The notes under the pieces: generated by a model
Databases searched by the model: none
What the model was told of the DNA's origin: nothing
Seen by the model: the letters and a program-made list of their open reading frames with translations, nothing else
Assembly: GCA_031763465.1 (NCBI GenBank)
Contig: JARFOE010000100.1
Coordinates: 15,020,547-15,061,123 of the forward strand
Direction of reading: 5' to 3'
Source: Squatina squatina
Taxonomy: Eukaryota
Length of the DNA stretch: 40,577 nt
Shown here: piece after piece, positions 1-12,299 of the stretch
How positions within the stretch are numbered: position 1 is the first letter of the stretch
Layout of the letters: every line of letters begins with the position of its first letter
Translations under genes and position numbers: made by a program

Positions 1-85
1 CAGTACAGAGAAAGTGATATCGATACCCTGCGAATGCCTAACACTGTATACAATTTAAGTTGCAACTCTTATACTTCCACTTCAA

Positions 86-735
86 GAGTAAAAGCCCATG
101 GGATCCAAGGCAAAGTGGCAAGATAGCTCAGATCCAAAATTAGCTCAGAGGCAGAAAGCAAAGGGCAATGATCGATGGGTGTTTTTGTGAATGGAAGGCT
201 GTTTCCGGTGGAGTTCCACAGGGTTCAGTACTAGGTCCCTTGCTTTATATGGTATATATCAATGATTTGGACTTGAATGTAGAAAGTATAATTAAGAAGT
301 TTGCAGATGATACAAAAATTGGCCATGTGGTTGATAATGAAGAAGAAAGCTGTAGACAGCAGGAAGATATCAACGGACTGGTCAGGTGGGCGGAACAATG
401 GCAAATGGAATTCAATCTGGAGAAGTGTGAGGTAATGCATTTGGGAAGGGCTAACAAGGCAAGGAAATACACAATAAATAGTAGGATCCTGAGAAGTGTA
501 AAGGAATAGAAGGACACTGGAGTACATGCCCACAAATCCCTGAAGGTAGAAGGACAGGTAGATGAGGTGATTAAGAAGGCATACAGGGTGCTTTCCTTTA
601 TTAGCCAAGGCATAGAATATAAGATCAGGGAGGTTATGCTTGAATTGTGTAAAACACTAGTTATACCACAGCTAGAGCGCTGCGTGCAGTTCTGATCACC
701 ACATTACAGGAAAGATGTGATTGCACTGGTGAGGA
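86..735 (+). mobile_element. CR1-clade LINE fragment (ORF2 reverse transcriptase), degenerate
   Basis: ORF 168-509 carries the RT motifs GVPQGSVLGPLLY..YINDL, KFADDTK and WQMEFN..KCEVMHLG. CR1-like sequence continues past frameshifts and stops to about 735. Confidence 0.93.
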
Positions 736-1333
736 TACTACTTTTTAATAATTAAAGACACACATTACTATAGTGGATTTTCTTACAAGGAAAAGCAGGT
801 GCGCTCAATCAGGAATGACGAGAATTGTAGACAAGGATCAACTAAACCTCCAAATATTTATTTTATGAGGAATAAGCGATTTACTTCGAGTTTCCTGAAA
901 TTGCTTTCCTATGGTAGCATCATTTTTACTGACTGAAATTATTACTATAATAGTGACTGCTAAATTTAAACTAGTCAAAGTAGGCCTATTTGGATTAATT
1001 CAGAAGAAATTACATGTGGATCAATTTTGCTCAGTTTGGATTTTTATGTATTTTAACGTGAATCTGTTCCTTTAAGTGAAATATTCTTTACCACTTTGTA
1101 CGTGAAATTATCCGACCAAGTGCTTCCCCTTCATTGTGCCAACCGTGGCTTGAACCGCATAGATAAAAGCATTGTTATTTTATTCCTTTTTTTTTAAACT
1201 GAAAAGTAATAACATTTCCAAAGTGTGATCTGAAGTTAAGATCACCGTGAAGGTATTGCAGTCCGTGGTAATTTGGTTAACACGCGGGAAGAATTTGCAA
1301 TATTTACCCTCTCTATTTGTCCTTGTTCCACAG

Positions 1334-1597
1334 GTGACATGTTGGGGTCACCACTGCCAGAGATTAGGCCTGAAGCACTTCCTCCCACAACCAGCACAGA
1401 CACTGCTGTCACGGATACCAAGGAGAAAAAGCCCGCAGCAAGGAAAAAATGTCTCTACAATCCCCCTGCCTCCATGGACACAAACAAAGTCGTCATGGCA
1501 ACCTCCTCAGCCACCTCCTCTGTCTCATCTACAGCCACTACTGTGCAATCTAGCTCCAATCAGTTTAAGGTTTCATCCAAAAGGCCTACATCACTAG
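1334..1597 (+). CDS. FAM193A: Internal coding exon of FAM193A (264 nt, phase 1 to phase 1)
   Basis: Acceptor ccttgttccacag and donor G|gtaaag. Peptide ...ARKKCLYNPPASMDTNKVVMATSSATSSVSSTATTVQSSSNQFKVSSKRPTSL matches the remembered FAM193A block KKCLYN...NKVVMATSSATSSVSCTATTVQSS...SSKRP. Confidence 0.85.
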   Translation: MTCWGHHCQRLGLKHFLPQPAQTLLSRIPRRKSPQQGKNVSTIPLPPWTQTKSSWQPPQPPPLSHLQPLLCNLAPISLRFHPKGLHH

Positions 1598-1821
1598 GTA
1601 AAGCCAACCCACTTTCTCGAGAGTTTAACTTCATTTGAGTCTAGATTATTATCTCTGAGTTATACAGGTCTCCTTCATGAGAGCTCTTTTATAGAATGTA
1701 CGTCCCAATGTGTTCGTCAAACAATCAAAAGGCTTAGTTTTCAATGATGGCTATTTTGTCTCGTATAGATTCTTCTTAATTGTTTTCCGCGCCATTTGTT
1801 ACCAGTTCTCTCCTCTCTGTC

Positions 1822-2260
1822 AGAACATAAGAATTAGGAGCAGGAGTCGGTCATTTGGCCCTTTGAGCCTGCTCCACCATTCAGTCAGATCATCGCTGAT
1901 CTTCGACTTGAACTCCACTGTCCCGCACTATCCCCATATCCCTTGATTCCCTTGGTATCTTAAAAAATCTGTCGATCTCAGCCTTGAATAGACTCAACGA
2001 CTGAGCAGCCACAGTTCTTTGGGGTAAAGAATTGCAAAGGTTCACTTCCCTCGGAGTGAAGAAATTTCTCCTCATCTCAGGCCTAAATGGCCAACCCCTT
2101 ATTCTGAGACTGTGACCCCTGGTTCTAGACTCCCCAGCCAAGGAAAACATCATCCTCCCTGATCTACCCTGTCAATCCCTTAAGGAATTTTGGATGTTTC
2201 AATGAGATTACCTCTCATTCTTTCTAAACTCTAGAGAATATAGGCCTAGTCTACTCAATA
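1822..2260 (-). mobile_element. CR1-clade LINE 3' end (ORF2 C-terminus plus 3' UTR)
   Basis: Minus ORF GESRTRGHSLRIRG..FRPEMRRNFF...WNSLP-like. The tail is the reverse complement of ...ctcctgctcctaattcttatgtt, the same family as 35380-35896. Confidence 0.92.
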
Positions 2261-2279
2261 GGATTGATCTATTGAAGGG

Positions 2280-2590
2280 TTAATTGCTTGCTGGGATTCA
2301 GTTTCCAGAAGTGACAGGAAACCCCAGTATCTTTCCCAAATGGCTATTCTTCATGTTAGTTTTCACAACTGGAGCCACCACTGTTAGGAGTTCAGTGCTG
2401 TCCTCCTTTGACATGCGCACCCACACACTCCTGGTATGAGTTGCTGGATATCAATTATGGTCCAGAACTCTGGCTGTAGAGTGATTCCTATTATCCCTTT
2501 CCTCACCCAGGGTTGCGGAGTCAAATGGCAGGGCCGCTCCTGCCATCCCAGTGATCAACTTGTAGGGCTCAGCTACTCAGCAGATAAATG
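2280..2590 (-). mobile_element. Old degenerate SINE-like repeat (possibly AmnSINE2-like)
   Basis: Reverse complement has blocks (catgaagaatagcca, tatccagcaactc, tgctgagtagctga) resembling 34100-34350, 10480-10570 and an ancient vertebrate SINE I recall. The family name is uncertain. Confidence 0.5.
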
Positions 2591-2724
2591 CGTCGATCTT
2601 TTGGGGAGCACCCTTGTGGAGCAGTCTTTTCTTTTGGGGAGTGGGCATCATTAGTGACTGGATACTTGTGCATGTTGAGAGCCAAGGTGTTTCCCTTTTG
2701 TATCATGCGCAGTGTGGCAAAGTG

Positions 2725-3332
2725 TCAGGTGTGGCTCAGTGGGTGGCACTCTTGCCGCTGAGTCAGGAGGTTGTGGGTTCAAGTCTAGGGCGACCAGATG
2801 TCCTGGTTTTTCGACCAAACATCCCAGTGTCCTGCAATGGTTTGAAAATTGCACAAATGTCCCGGTTTTTTGTACTCATTTGACTGCGATGGAGCCCTGA
2901 CTGTGCATGCGCAGACTGATTGTCCCGGTTTGGAAAGCTTAAGATCTGGTCACCCTATTCAAGTCCCATTCCAGGGACTGGAGCACAAAATCTGGGCACT
3001 CTAGTGCCATCTTTCGGATAAGACATTAACCGAGGCCCCTTCTGCCCTCACAAGTGGGCGTAAAAGATCCCATGGCATTATTTCGAAGAGCAGGGGAGTT
3101 CTCCATGGTGTCCTGGCCAATATTTATCCCTCAAACAACACTTTTAAAAAATTATCTGGTCGTTATCACATTGCTGTTTGTGGGGCATTACTGTGTGCAA
3201 ATTGGCTGCTACATTTCCTACATAACAGTGACTACACTTCAGAAGTACTTTATTGGCTGTAAAGCGCTTTGCAACATCTGAGGTAGTGAACGGCGCTATA
3301 GAAATGCAAGTCTTTCTTTCTTTCTTTCTTTT
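2725..3332 (+). mobile_element. tRNA-derived Deu-domain SINE (SacSINE1/AmnSINE1-like), interrupted by a MITE
   Basis: A box TGGCTCAGTGG (2732-2742), B box GGTTCAAGTC, Deu core ctttcggat...aaaagatcccatggca...gtgtcctggccaatatttatccctc, and tail gcgctatagaaatgcaagtc followed by (tttc)n. Confidence 0.88.
2786..2957. mobile_element. 172-bp non-autonomous hAT (Blackjack-type) MITE
   Basis: TIRs TAGGGCGACCAGAT and ATCTGGTCACCCTA match at 13/14. Exact 8-bp TSD TTCAAGTC at 2778-2785 and 2958-2965. Internal repeats of TGTCC(C/T)GGTTT. Confidence 0.92.
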
Positions 3333-3399
3333 CCCTTAAGAGTTTTGAGCAAAACTCAGTGTGGGGGCAAGGCTCAAATGACTGAAGGAACAACAACAT

Positions 3400-3520
3400 C
3401 AGAGGGATCAACAGGAGAACCGCGCCCCCCCACCCCAGAACATGTGAAATGTGAAGCTTGTGGTAGACAATGTCTGCCTCATATCAGTATGTATAGTCAT
3501 CAATGCACCTACCTACCTAC
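3400..3520 (+). mobile_element. Probable RTE-clade LINE C-terminal fragment
   Basis: Peptide CEACGRQCLPHISMYSHQC resembles the C..CGR.C.SRIGL.SH.R zinc-binding C-terminus of RTE LINE ORFs. Confidence 0.55.
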
Positions 3521-4712
3521 CATGAACTTATGCTCCTTCAATGTTGGTGCCATTAATGATGTACGATGAATACAAATACTACTATTTAACATACATCCAT
3601 ATTTTAAACAACTAAATTTTTTAAAAATGTAAATTTTTATTTTCAACAAAAAAAGATAGAAAGCTTGCTAAGCAATCAGGATTACACCAATTCCCAATTT
3701 TGCTTTCTCAAAGAGCAGACTGCACCAGTACTTCTGTTGCAGCGAAAGTCAACCTGAACATAGTGGAGGCAGGTACATTTACTTGCAAAATACCCGATAA
3801 AAGGTTCCTCAGTTTGTTCACAGACAACAGGAATGAGGCAGATGTCAAAATATAATTTCAGTCTATTTTAAACAGAGTTCAATCTATGTAGAAAGCATGC
3901 TTGTGGAATGAATTCAGTCAGAGGAATAATGCAATAAATCCAATTCAGGTCTGAGGTTTTATTACACACACAAGGCTACAAGTTACTGTTGGCAATCGCT
4001 TAACTCACTTCTTTGATACATCTCAAACTCTTACTAGAGGTGCTAACCCCAGGTTAATGCCAGTTATGATAGCAGACAGAGGAATGTTGCACAAACACAC
4101 TTATCGGCAATAGTAATTTCTAGTTTGTTGCATCTGAATTAATAATAGTGGAAATATATTATGGCCCTGAAATTGCGGTTTCTGCAACGGCATACTCTCA
4201 GAGTACACTGTTGTATTCCCTTTGAAATGCCCNNNNNNNNNNNNNNNNNNNNNNNNNNNNNNNNNNNNNNNNNNNNNNNNNNNNNNNNNNNNNNNNNNNN
4301 NNNNNNNNNNNNNNNNNNNNNNNNNNNNNNNNTGAAGTATGGGGTTGACAGAATGCATCTTTTTGAACCTACGGTAAACTTCAAAAGAGTCAGCGCATTT
4401 CCAGATTTTTTTGCTCAATACAGATTGGACCAGATTTTGCTGTCAAATAATGATGAGGCTATCACGCTCGCTGTTATTTATGCACAAATGGTACCCCAAC
4501 TTCAGACAAGCAACAGGTGCGTGGTTAGATGCTATACTACGGCAAAATGTGGCCCGGTATATTCTTTACAATCAATGCAACCCATTAATTCTTCTAAAGC
4601 TATAATTTAAAGTTTCCATCATTTGTTTTTACAACGTATTTGAAAAGATAGTTTGTGTCAACACAAAAATGTTTGTGTTTTGTGTTTCTTTCCTTTTCTC
4701 CCGCTTTTACAG

Positions 4713-4772
4713 GTGACCACTGCTGGCCCCCTTCAGTCAGGCAGTGAAACCAACAGGAAGTCAAGGACTTAA
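4713..4772 (+). CDS. Candidate terminal exon of an unidentified gene (VTTAGPLQSGSETNRKSRT*)
   Basis: Long polypyrimidine tract ending ttttctcccgcttttacag. A possible upstream exon end at 4333-4373 (KYGVDRMHLFEPT|gtaaac) is in compatible phase. No homology recognised. Confidence 0.3.
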   Translation: MTTAGPLQSGSETNRKSRT

Positions 4773-6169
4773 CCACAAGTGCCACCAATACCACTTCAAG
4801 AAATTTGCTGGCAGGAAGGCAGTGGTGTCATTCTGGAACTACAATTCAAACCCAGACCCTCTTGGGACGCAAACCCAGGCCTCAACTTTATCAACTTCCT
4901 CTTGTCATGTGACATGAATTTATTTCAGGCCATTACCTTTCTGTATTTGTTGCCTGATTCTACAGTCTTATGATCAGTGTCTGTATTGGTATTCAGCATG
5001 GTTGAGGCATGCCATGTGGAAGGTCTCTAATCAAATTAGCTCACTTTGTTTCAGAAGATGAGCACTTACACATTGTGCAAGATCATCAACATAGGCCACA
5101 AAAGCACCATATCAAAGTTCTCAAAGTGGTTATGACCCTTTCAAAGACTACAAGGCAATCCACCATGCAGTTCTGGAATTCAAAGTACCATTATCAAATG
5201 ACCACTACCCCTCAAAAATGATGTTGAACTACTAGAACCAGCTACAAATATCCAGTGAAATATGACCTCCCACCATCACCAAAAAGTTTATTACAGTCTG
5301 AAGGGAAATTTATGCTTCTTCACCTGCCTTCCTATTTCCTCAACTCTCTTCCTGAAAGTGTTAGCACTTAGCTGGGCTACATGTGGCCATTATTTCTTTG
5401 CCCACATTTACTTACTTTCAATCCTGAATGGATGACTATAATGCCAAGAAAAAAAAATTCAGAACATACACACAAGCTGAAGAGTTTTAAAATTTATCAG
5501 NNNNNNNNNNNNNNNNNNNNNNNNNNNNNNNNNNNNNNNNNNNNNNNNNNNNNNNNNNNNNNNNNNNNNNNNNNNNNNNNNNNNNNNNNNNNNNNNNNNN
5601 AAACAGGAATTTACAATTTTAATCAGTATATCAAGCTCAACTACATGCCTTAAACAAGTGTTATTTTAGTAGAACTCCTCAGCAAGGAATGGATGACAAG
5701 GAGATTGGTCCATAGGACAAGTGATGGGTTTCAGACCCACAAGGTTTAGGCGATGCAATGAAGTGCTGGATCACAAAAGGTAGACTGCTAGCAGATGGTG
5801 ATGACTGAGAATGAGACTGAAAGGCTTGGCTTGAGACCAGACTAGGTGGATTGCTGCTGTGCAAAGGCTGCCAGGGCATGAACATTCAGAGTACAAACAT
5901 TAATTGAATTAGAGCCATTAACCACTCTAATTTATCTTTTTTTTCCCCCCAATCATTTCTTATGCTTCTAATATTTAACAGATGCTAATGTTATGCCACT
6001 ATAAATCATAGACAGGTTCCAGACTCAGACAGACAATTAGTTTAATAATAAGATAGGATATATATTCTCGTAAGCTGACCACTGAAAAAGAAAAAGGAAA
6101 GCAAGAGGCTAGTTCAATCACAATTATTAATACGTGATCATCATGCAATTAAATAGAGTACATCAACAA

Positions 6170-6680
6170 GTTCTGGCTAAACCCCATTTAGAGTACACAC
6201 AGCTCTGGGCACCGCATCTAATGAAGGATATACTGCCTTGGCAAGGGGGTGCAGCACAAAATCACCAGAATGATACCAGACCTAAAGGGTTAAATTATGA
6301 GGACAGGTTGCATAGACTAGGCTTGTATTTTACCATGTATAGAAGATTAAGGGGTGATGTAACGGAGATGTTTAAGATGATTAAAAGGAGTTGATAGAGG
6401 GGGTGGAGAGAAACGATTTCCTCCGGGGTGGGGGGTCCAGAACAAGGGGGAATAACCTTAAAATTAGACCTCGGCTGTTCAGGGATCAGGAACCACTTCA
6501 CACAAAGGGTAGTGGAAATTGGAACTCTCTCCAAAAAGCTGGGGGTCAATTGAAAAAAAAAACTGAGATGGATGGATTTTTGTTCAGCAAAGGTATTAAG
6601 GATTATAGAACCGAGGCAGGTAGATACAGATCAGCCACAATCTAATTGAATCGCAGAACAGCCTACTCCTGTTTCTATTT
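6170..6680 (+). mobile_element. CR1-clade LINE 3' fragment, degenerate
   Basis: Peptides KPHLEY..LWAPHL.KD, LNYEDRLHRLGLY, RRLRGD and SRTRGNNLKIR. Ends in the CR1 tail cctactcctgtttctat. Confidence 0.9.
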
Positions 6681-8084
6681 GCCACTGACATCCACTGCTT
6701 TTTTTTTTTAAAAAGTGGCAAAAAAAGAGTCTTCAAGTTCAGCAATACATGTTAATAAATAAAATGGGTATGGATAATGTTCATTCCTTGTATCCATTGT
6801 TCTCTATGCACTGCCAAAAGAAAATACCTATGCACTACTTTTTCAACTTCAAAACTATTGTCTGTGACTTGTCTCTTGATGCTCCCACCATGCCCTACAG
6901 AATCATTAAAAAAAGTTGAATGTACCAATCACAATACAATTTCTGCTCCAACAGCACTATCACCTTTATCACTCACCTACATTATACTGGCACAGAACCC
7001 TCCCCCCCGCACAACCCCTAGCTAACAGCATGGAACCAAAAACTGCAATAAAATAANNNNNNNNNNNNNNNNNNNNNNNNNNNNNNNNNNNNNNNNNNNN
7101 NNNNNNNNNNNNNNNNNNNNNNNNNNNNNNNNNNNNNNNNNNNNNNNNNNNNNNNNAAAAGGCTTGAATTGTTCCCGTAAATCCTTAATCTTTTATTGTT
7201 TTGAATCGTGGAAATACTAAAAATGCATGCTATAATCACGAGGTATTACAAGCTTCTATCCCCAGAGAACTGGGCTAATCCAGTATTAAATTCCGCAGAT
7301 AATTTATTAACTCACTTTCCGCTTTCACTCCCCCCACGAAGGGAATTTTTTTTTCTACAACGTACTTTGTTTTCAATCTGTCAGATTTTCTTTTGGTAAT
7401 TTTCATTCATTATCCCTTTTGCTTTTGCACACATTTCTCAAAAGTACATATGTGTTATCATTTCGTCATTGCACCCATCAAGACGCTGGGGTGCTGTAAG
7501 GTTGGCTAAATATATCGTTGCCAAAATGATGTACAGAGAGTGGGCTGAATTTGATTGCTGTAATTCTGCACAAGAATGCTAACCCCTCCATATAAATAAG
7601 TAGCCTAGAGTGTGCAGTAGAATCCTCAACCTCTTCCGAAGGAAATTCTGTATCCCTTTCTGTATTCTAAACTGAAATAATTTAGTATTTGTAATCAAAT
7701 ATACATTTTGTTAGTATATCAATCGCATCCGACAGTTATTGGGCGAGTGCCTCAGGTGGCTATGGAGATCATTGCATTCGGATCCAAAGTAACTTTTGTT
7801 GGAAAGCATCTGACGGCTGCGAAAAGAACTGTTAGTGTTATTTGGTAGAACACACAACAATGAATGAATACATTTGTTATGCTATTCTGCCCACGTAATA
7901 CGGTGTTTGCACATCAAAGTTTCTGAGAGACACGATAAGGCCTGTATAAATGCATCTTTTCACTAAATGTTTGTAGAGGTTTTCATATTCGTGTCTGAAA
8001 CTCCTAAAGCTGTATAGGATCAGTGGGCAATAACAAAGCTCCAAGTCACATGAATTCAACAGCAACTTCGATTTATGCAACCTT

Positions 8085-8482
8085 TTAACGTCTGGAAGTG
8101 CTTCACAGAAGCAACAGGAAAAACTGGCGTAAGTCCAAAGAGATGAGGAGGGGTGACTAAAAGCTTGGTGAAAGAGGTGGGTTACAAGGAGGTTCTAAAA
8201 GAGTTGGAGGGGTTTAAGGAGGGAATTCCACAGGGTAGGACTTTTTTTAATTTAAACCAATAGCAGTGATACCGAGTTGGCCCAATTTCAACGTGCCAAT
8301 AAAATACAGTAGAATTTGGATGAGCCGAAGTTTATGGTGAGTGGAGGGCAGCCAGGAGAGGATTGGAGTAAATCAAATCTGGAAGTCGCAAAGGTCTGGA
8401 TGAGGGTTTCAGTGGCAGATAGAGTGAGGTAGGAGTGGAACAAGGTAATATTATGGAGGTGAAAGAAGATGGTCTTTGCCAT
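8085..8482 (-). mobile_element. L2-clade LINE ORF2 C-terminal/3' fragment
   Basis: Minus peptide KTIFFHLHNI...LSATETLIQTFATSRFD matches the L2 motif K.AFFHLRNI....AETLIHAFVTSRLDY. Confidence 0.82.
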
Positions 8483-10479
8483 CCATGTGACATGAAGGGT
8501 TGTGGTTCACCAATAATAAACAGAGGATACCACATGGGGACTGGTGTAACACCACATTTAAATAACAAAATGGGCCTGGCCACATAACATGTGTTGAAGT
8601 TATGAACTTTCACTGTCTGGTTGGGCCATATTGCCTAAACATCATTGTTATGATTGGAGCTTCTCCAAATAGATTTTCTTGTGCCCAACACAAAAATCAG
8701 ATCCCACAGGCAAGTCCACACTTTTAATGAACTAAAGGAAGACTCTATGCAAAAGTAATCTGGATAGTATGCCCTAAGCAAATAATAGACCCATTTATTG
8801 CCTCAGAATGACACGTAGGCTTTCTACTATGCCACTCCAGAAAACAATTAATATTAGTCACACCAGGCACTTACAGAGCAGACAAAAACAACAAAAAGGT
8901 TTATACACAGATTGAATCATTTACAGCAGCAAGCAGTAGCAGCAAGTTATTGAAATTAATCCAAAGAACATAGTAGCTTTAACTACTTAATGAAACGGCT
9001 TGACAGGCAAAACCATAATTTGAGTTTCTTTGAAAGACCTTCTTTGACGATCTCTCAAACAAAAGCTAGATAAACACTTCTTAGAAATGGAGTAGCAACC
9101 CAATCCCTATCAGTTACACTCTTTCTTGGAAATATGTACCTATGGGTCTTGCTGCCTGTTATGGCCAAGTTTAAGCCCTAAAAGAGGCCAATCNNNNNNN
9201 NNNNNNNNNNNNNNNNNNNNNNNNNNNNNNNNNNNNNNNNNNNNNNNNNNNNNNNNNNNNNNNNNNNNNNNNNNNNNNNNNNNNNNNNNNNNNCATTCTC
9301 TCGCATTCTCTCGCTTGTTCAGCCGTTGCTGATGTGTGCAGCCAATGAATAGTGTGGCTAGCGCTGGCTGTATGCAGCAATCACGAATTTACCGTGCTGC
9401 CTGCAAGCAACGAACGTGCACAGGTTAATCATGCACTGCGATCCCCCTGCCCATTTTCGGGGCTTAGACAATTTCTCCCCGATATGTCATTTTCTTGCTC
9501 TTGAAAGTGCTCACCTGTGTAAAAATAGGCACACGCTGCAGTCAATACAAAACAGAGGGTCTGCTGTATGCAACTGCCTGCAAATGACACACTTTTAATC
9601 TGCTTTAGGTAGTGAAGCTAGGCACAAAGCCAGTGATCTACAGGAATAATTACAACTGCAGTGATTACAGGCTAGAAGCGTGGGAGGAGGGGCAGGACAA
9701 ATCTTGTGGAAAATGTCATATTTCACAGTTGCAATCAGTTGCAAGCAGATGTGTTTTCAGCCTGTTTTCAACAATGCTATAAAATACAAATCATCAAATT
9801 AAACGATGTACATCAGTGGTGTAGCAATATTTGCATGACCATTCACCTGTCAATTATGCTCTTCATGCAATGTGGGTACAGTCTATAGGTGGCAAAAGAT
9901 TGGATGGATATCGGTGATTAACAGCCTCCAAGGTTGAAAATTCCTTTATTAAAAAAAAATTGTTCTTATACCCTTTAATCCAAAAAGGAAATTGACTGAA
10001 GAGTTACTAAATAATGCTCCTTGTTAATGCACATGAATGGGTATGAATCTGTGAGTGATGCTTTTGCTGGCTCGTATCACACACTATAGTTGACTTAACC
10101 ACGAACCAAATAAATATTTTTGCCTCTCTATTCCCTTTTTATTGTAAGGCTTTCTGTTCATAAGTTTCTTTTTATTGCCCCTTTCCCATTCTAGCAATCT
10201 CCCCATATCCTTCATTACCCATAGCTGACACAGTCGGTGATCAACTTGCTTTCAGCTCTGTCCTAATACCAGTGAGACCTGTGAGACGTACTGAACAGAG
10301 GCTGGATTGAGATCAGAAAAACTTTATGTCGGAAATGATGGGTCCATGCCATNNNNNNNNNNNNNNNNNNNNNNNNNNNNNNNNNNNNNNNNNNNNNNNN
10401 NNNNNNNNNNNNNNNNNNNNNNNNNNNNNNNNNNNNNNNNNNNNNNNNNNNNGGCAGGGTATTGGAGGGATACAGAGTT

Positions 10480-10570
10480 GATTCAGATCCTGTCCTCACC
10501 TGATATTTTCACAAGTACTTTACAGCAGGACATAACTGGAGCCCTGGCTGATTTTGTTCCCTCTGCTTTA
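10480..10570 (-). mobile_element. Fragment of the same old SINE-like family as 2280-2590 and 34100-34350
   Basis: Reverse complement contains gagggaacaaaatcagccagggct and caggtgaggacaggatc. Confidence 0.45.
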
Positions 10571-11834
10571 TAGTGCAGAAAAACTGAGCCTGATCAGAGT
10601 GGCTTACGGCTGCCAAAGCTGCGATCATATCAGAGGAAGTACAGCTTACTCGATTTATTGCTGGTTAAAAGTTTAACTGTACTTCTAAGTTGGTTAATGG
10701 CATTACTCCAGTTTATGAGAGCAGCATCATCCAGTTATGGGGATTTTCGTTTACCTCATTCTCTATAATGGCAGTAATTATTTTCTTTAGGGAGATTTAA
10801 TCTCTCCCCTTCCTGGACACATGATTTAAAAAAGCATAAACACAGCATAGTTGAAAATGAGGATTACTCCAACCTCGGGGGGATATTATAGGATTGCTTA
10901 CACTAGTAAAATTATAGCTTGGAGAAGCAAATTCATTGCTGCGTGGGAATAGTTTCATTCATTCAAAGCAATACTTTGTGTGGCCTTTTTTGTTTAAATA
11001 CAAAAGGTGAATGAACCTTAAGTCTAAAGAAGGAGTCTCACCATTTGTTTTCAAAAGAGAGCCTTGCTTTCAGGGTCTCTTTTAAAGAATGACATTTCCC
11101 ACCAACACTCCATCTCAAGCAATCTGGATTGACCAAAGCTATTTAATCTGAACCACAATATGTGTAATAAATCATTTTAAAGACAAGTACATTACTCTTG
11201 AGTTGCATATAGTCACATCTGGCATGAGTGCTAGTTTCATGATTTGTCAGTGCCTGTGGGACATACATTTTTAGGCTTGATGAAATCCCCATTTATAACG
11301 CTATTATCGTCTTTCACAAAACATGAAGAAAGCCAATTATCACAACAGTGGAATGCTGCTATTAGCAATTGAAACAAACAGAAAAACATTTTTTTCTAGT
11401 GGTTTCTAATTTTTGTGATTTATTTTATTTCTAATGGTATGCCACATCATTCCTGGTTTGACATGTTATGGCTCATCTGTTAAGCTAAGCTGAGTGCACG
11501 ATATGAAATTCTTTGTAACTCATCATCCAAAATAACACAATATTCTGTGCGGTCCTAAATCACAGGCCGATGTTTTGTGAGCTACATCCAAGGCCAATAT
11601 TCCATGTCATTTAGAACTACTTGAAGGTGTGATCAAAGTTGTTACCACTAACCCTGTAATAAAAAAATCAACCACCATCATCCACATATCAAATGTTAAA
11701 AAAGGACATAGAATAGAATATTGGATTTCAGATTGAAGCTTACAGCTAGGAGTTTAATCTCAGAGTTTAGAAGGCTAAAAATTGAAGTTCAGTCTCATTG
11801 TTATGACATTTTGTGAATCATTTATTAAACTTAT

Positions 11835-11908
11835 GAATACATGGCTTGAGAAATGGTGCAAGGGGGAGGGATTCAAATTCCTGGGACATTGGAACCGGTT
11901 CTGGGGGA
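11835..11908 (+). mobile_element. CR1 LINE ORF1 (SGNH esterase-like) fragment, cut by a gap
   Basis: Peptide NTWLEKWCKGEGFKFLGHWNRFWG is typical of the CR1 ORF1 esterase region upstream of DGLHL. Confidence 0.8.
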
Positions 11909-12299
11909 NNNNNNNNNNNNNNNNNNNNNNNNNNNNNNNNNNNNNNNNNNNNNNNNNNNNNNNNNNNNNNNNNNNNNNNNNNNNNNNNNNNNNNNNNNNN
12001 NNNNNNNNGGAAGAGGGACAGTAACAGGGATAACTTCTGGTAAATTATATCCAATAATATAACTTTTTGAGGTCTAGAAACAGATTGGAAACAGGGATTA
12101 TTTTTGGAAAGATATATATCATTACAAAGTAGTACTTGTTGGAAACCTCCTTCAGCAAAATGAGTGAAACTAGTCTTGACTCAAGGTTGGATTATGGTTT
12201 ATGTCATATCCCATGAACTGATCAGCATCCTTAAAAGTGGCATTGAAGACAGAGCAAGCAACTTTTTTTTTTAATATAGCCAGTGGAACATTCCCTGGA

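Noticed and set aside
2731-2785. tRNA gene
   Set aside because: A and B boxes belong to a SINE head continuing into a Deu domain. No complete cloverleaf.
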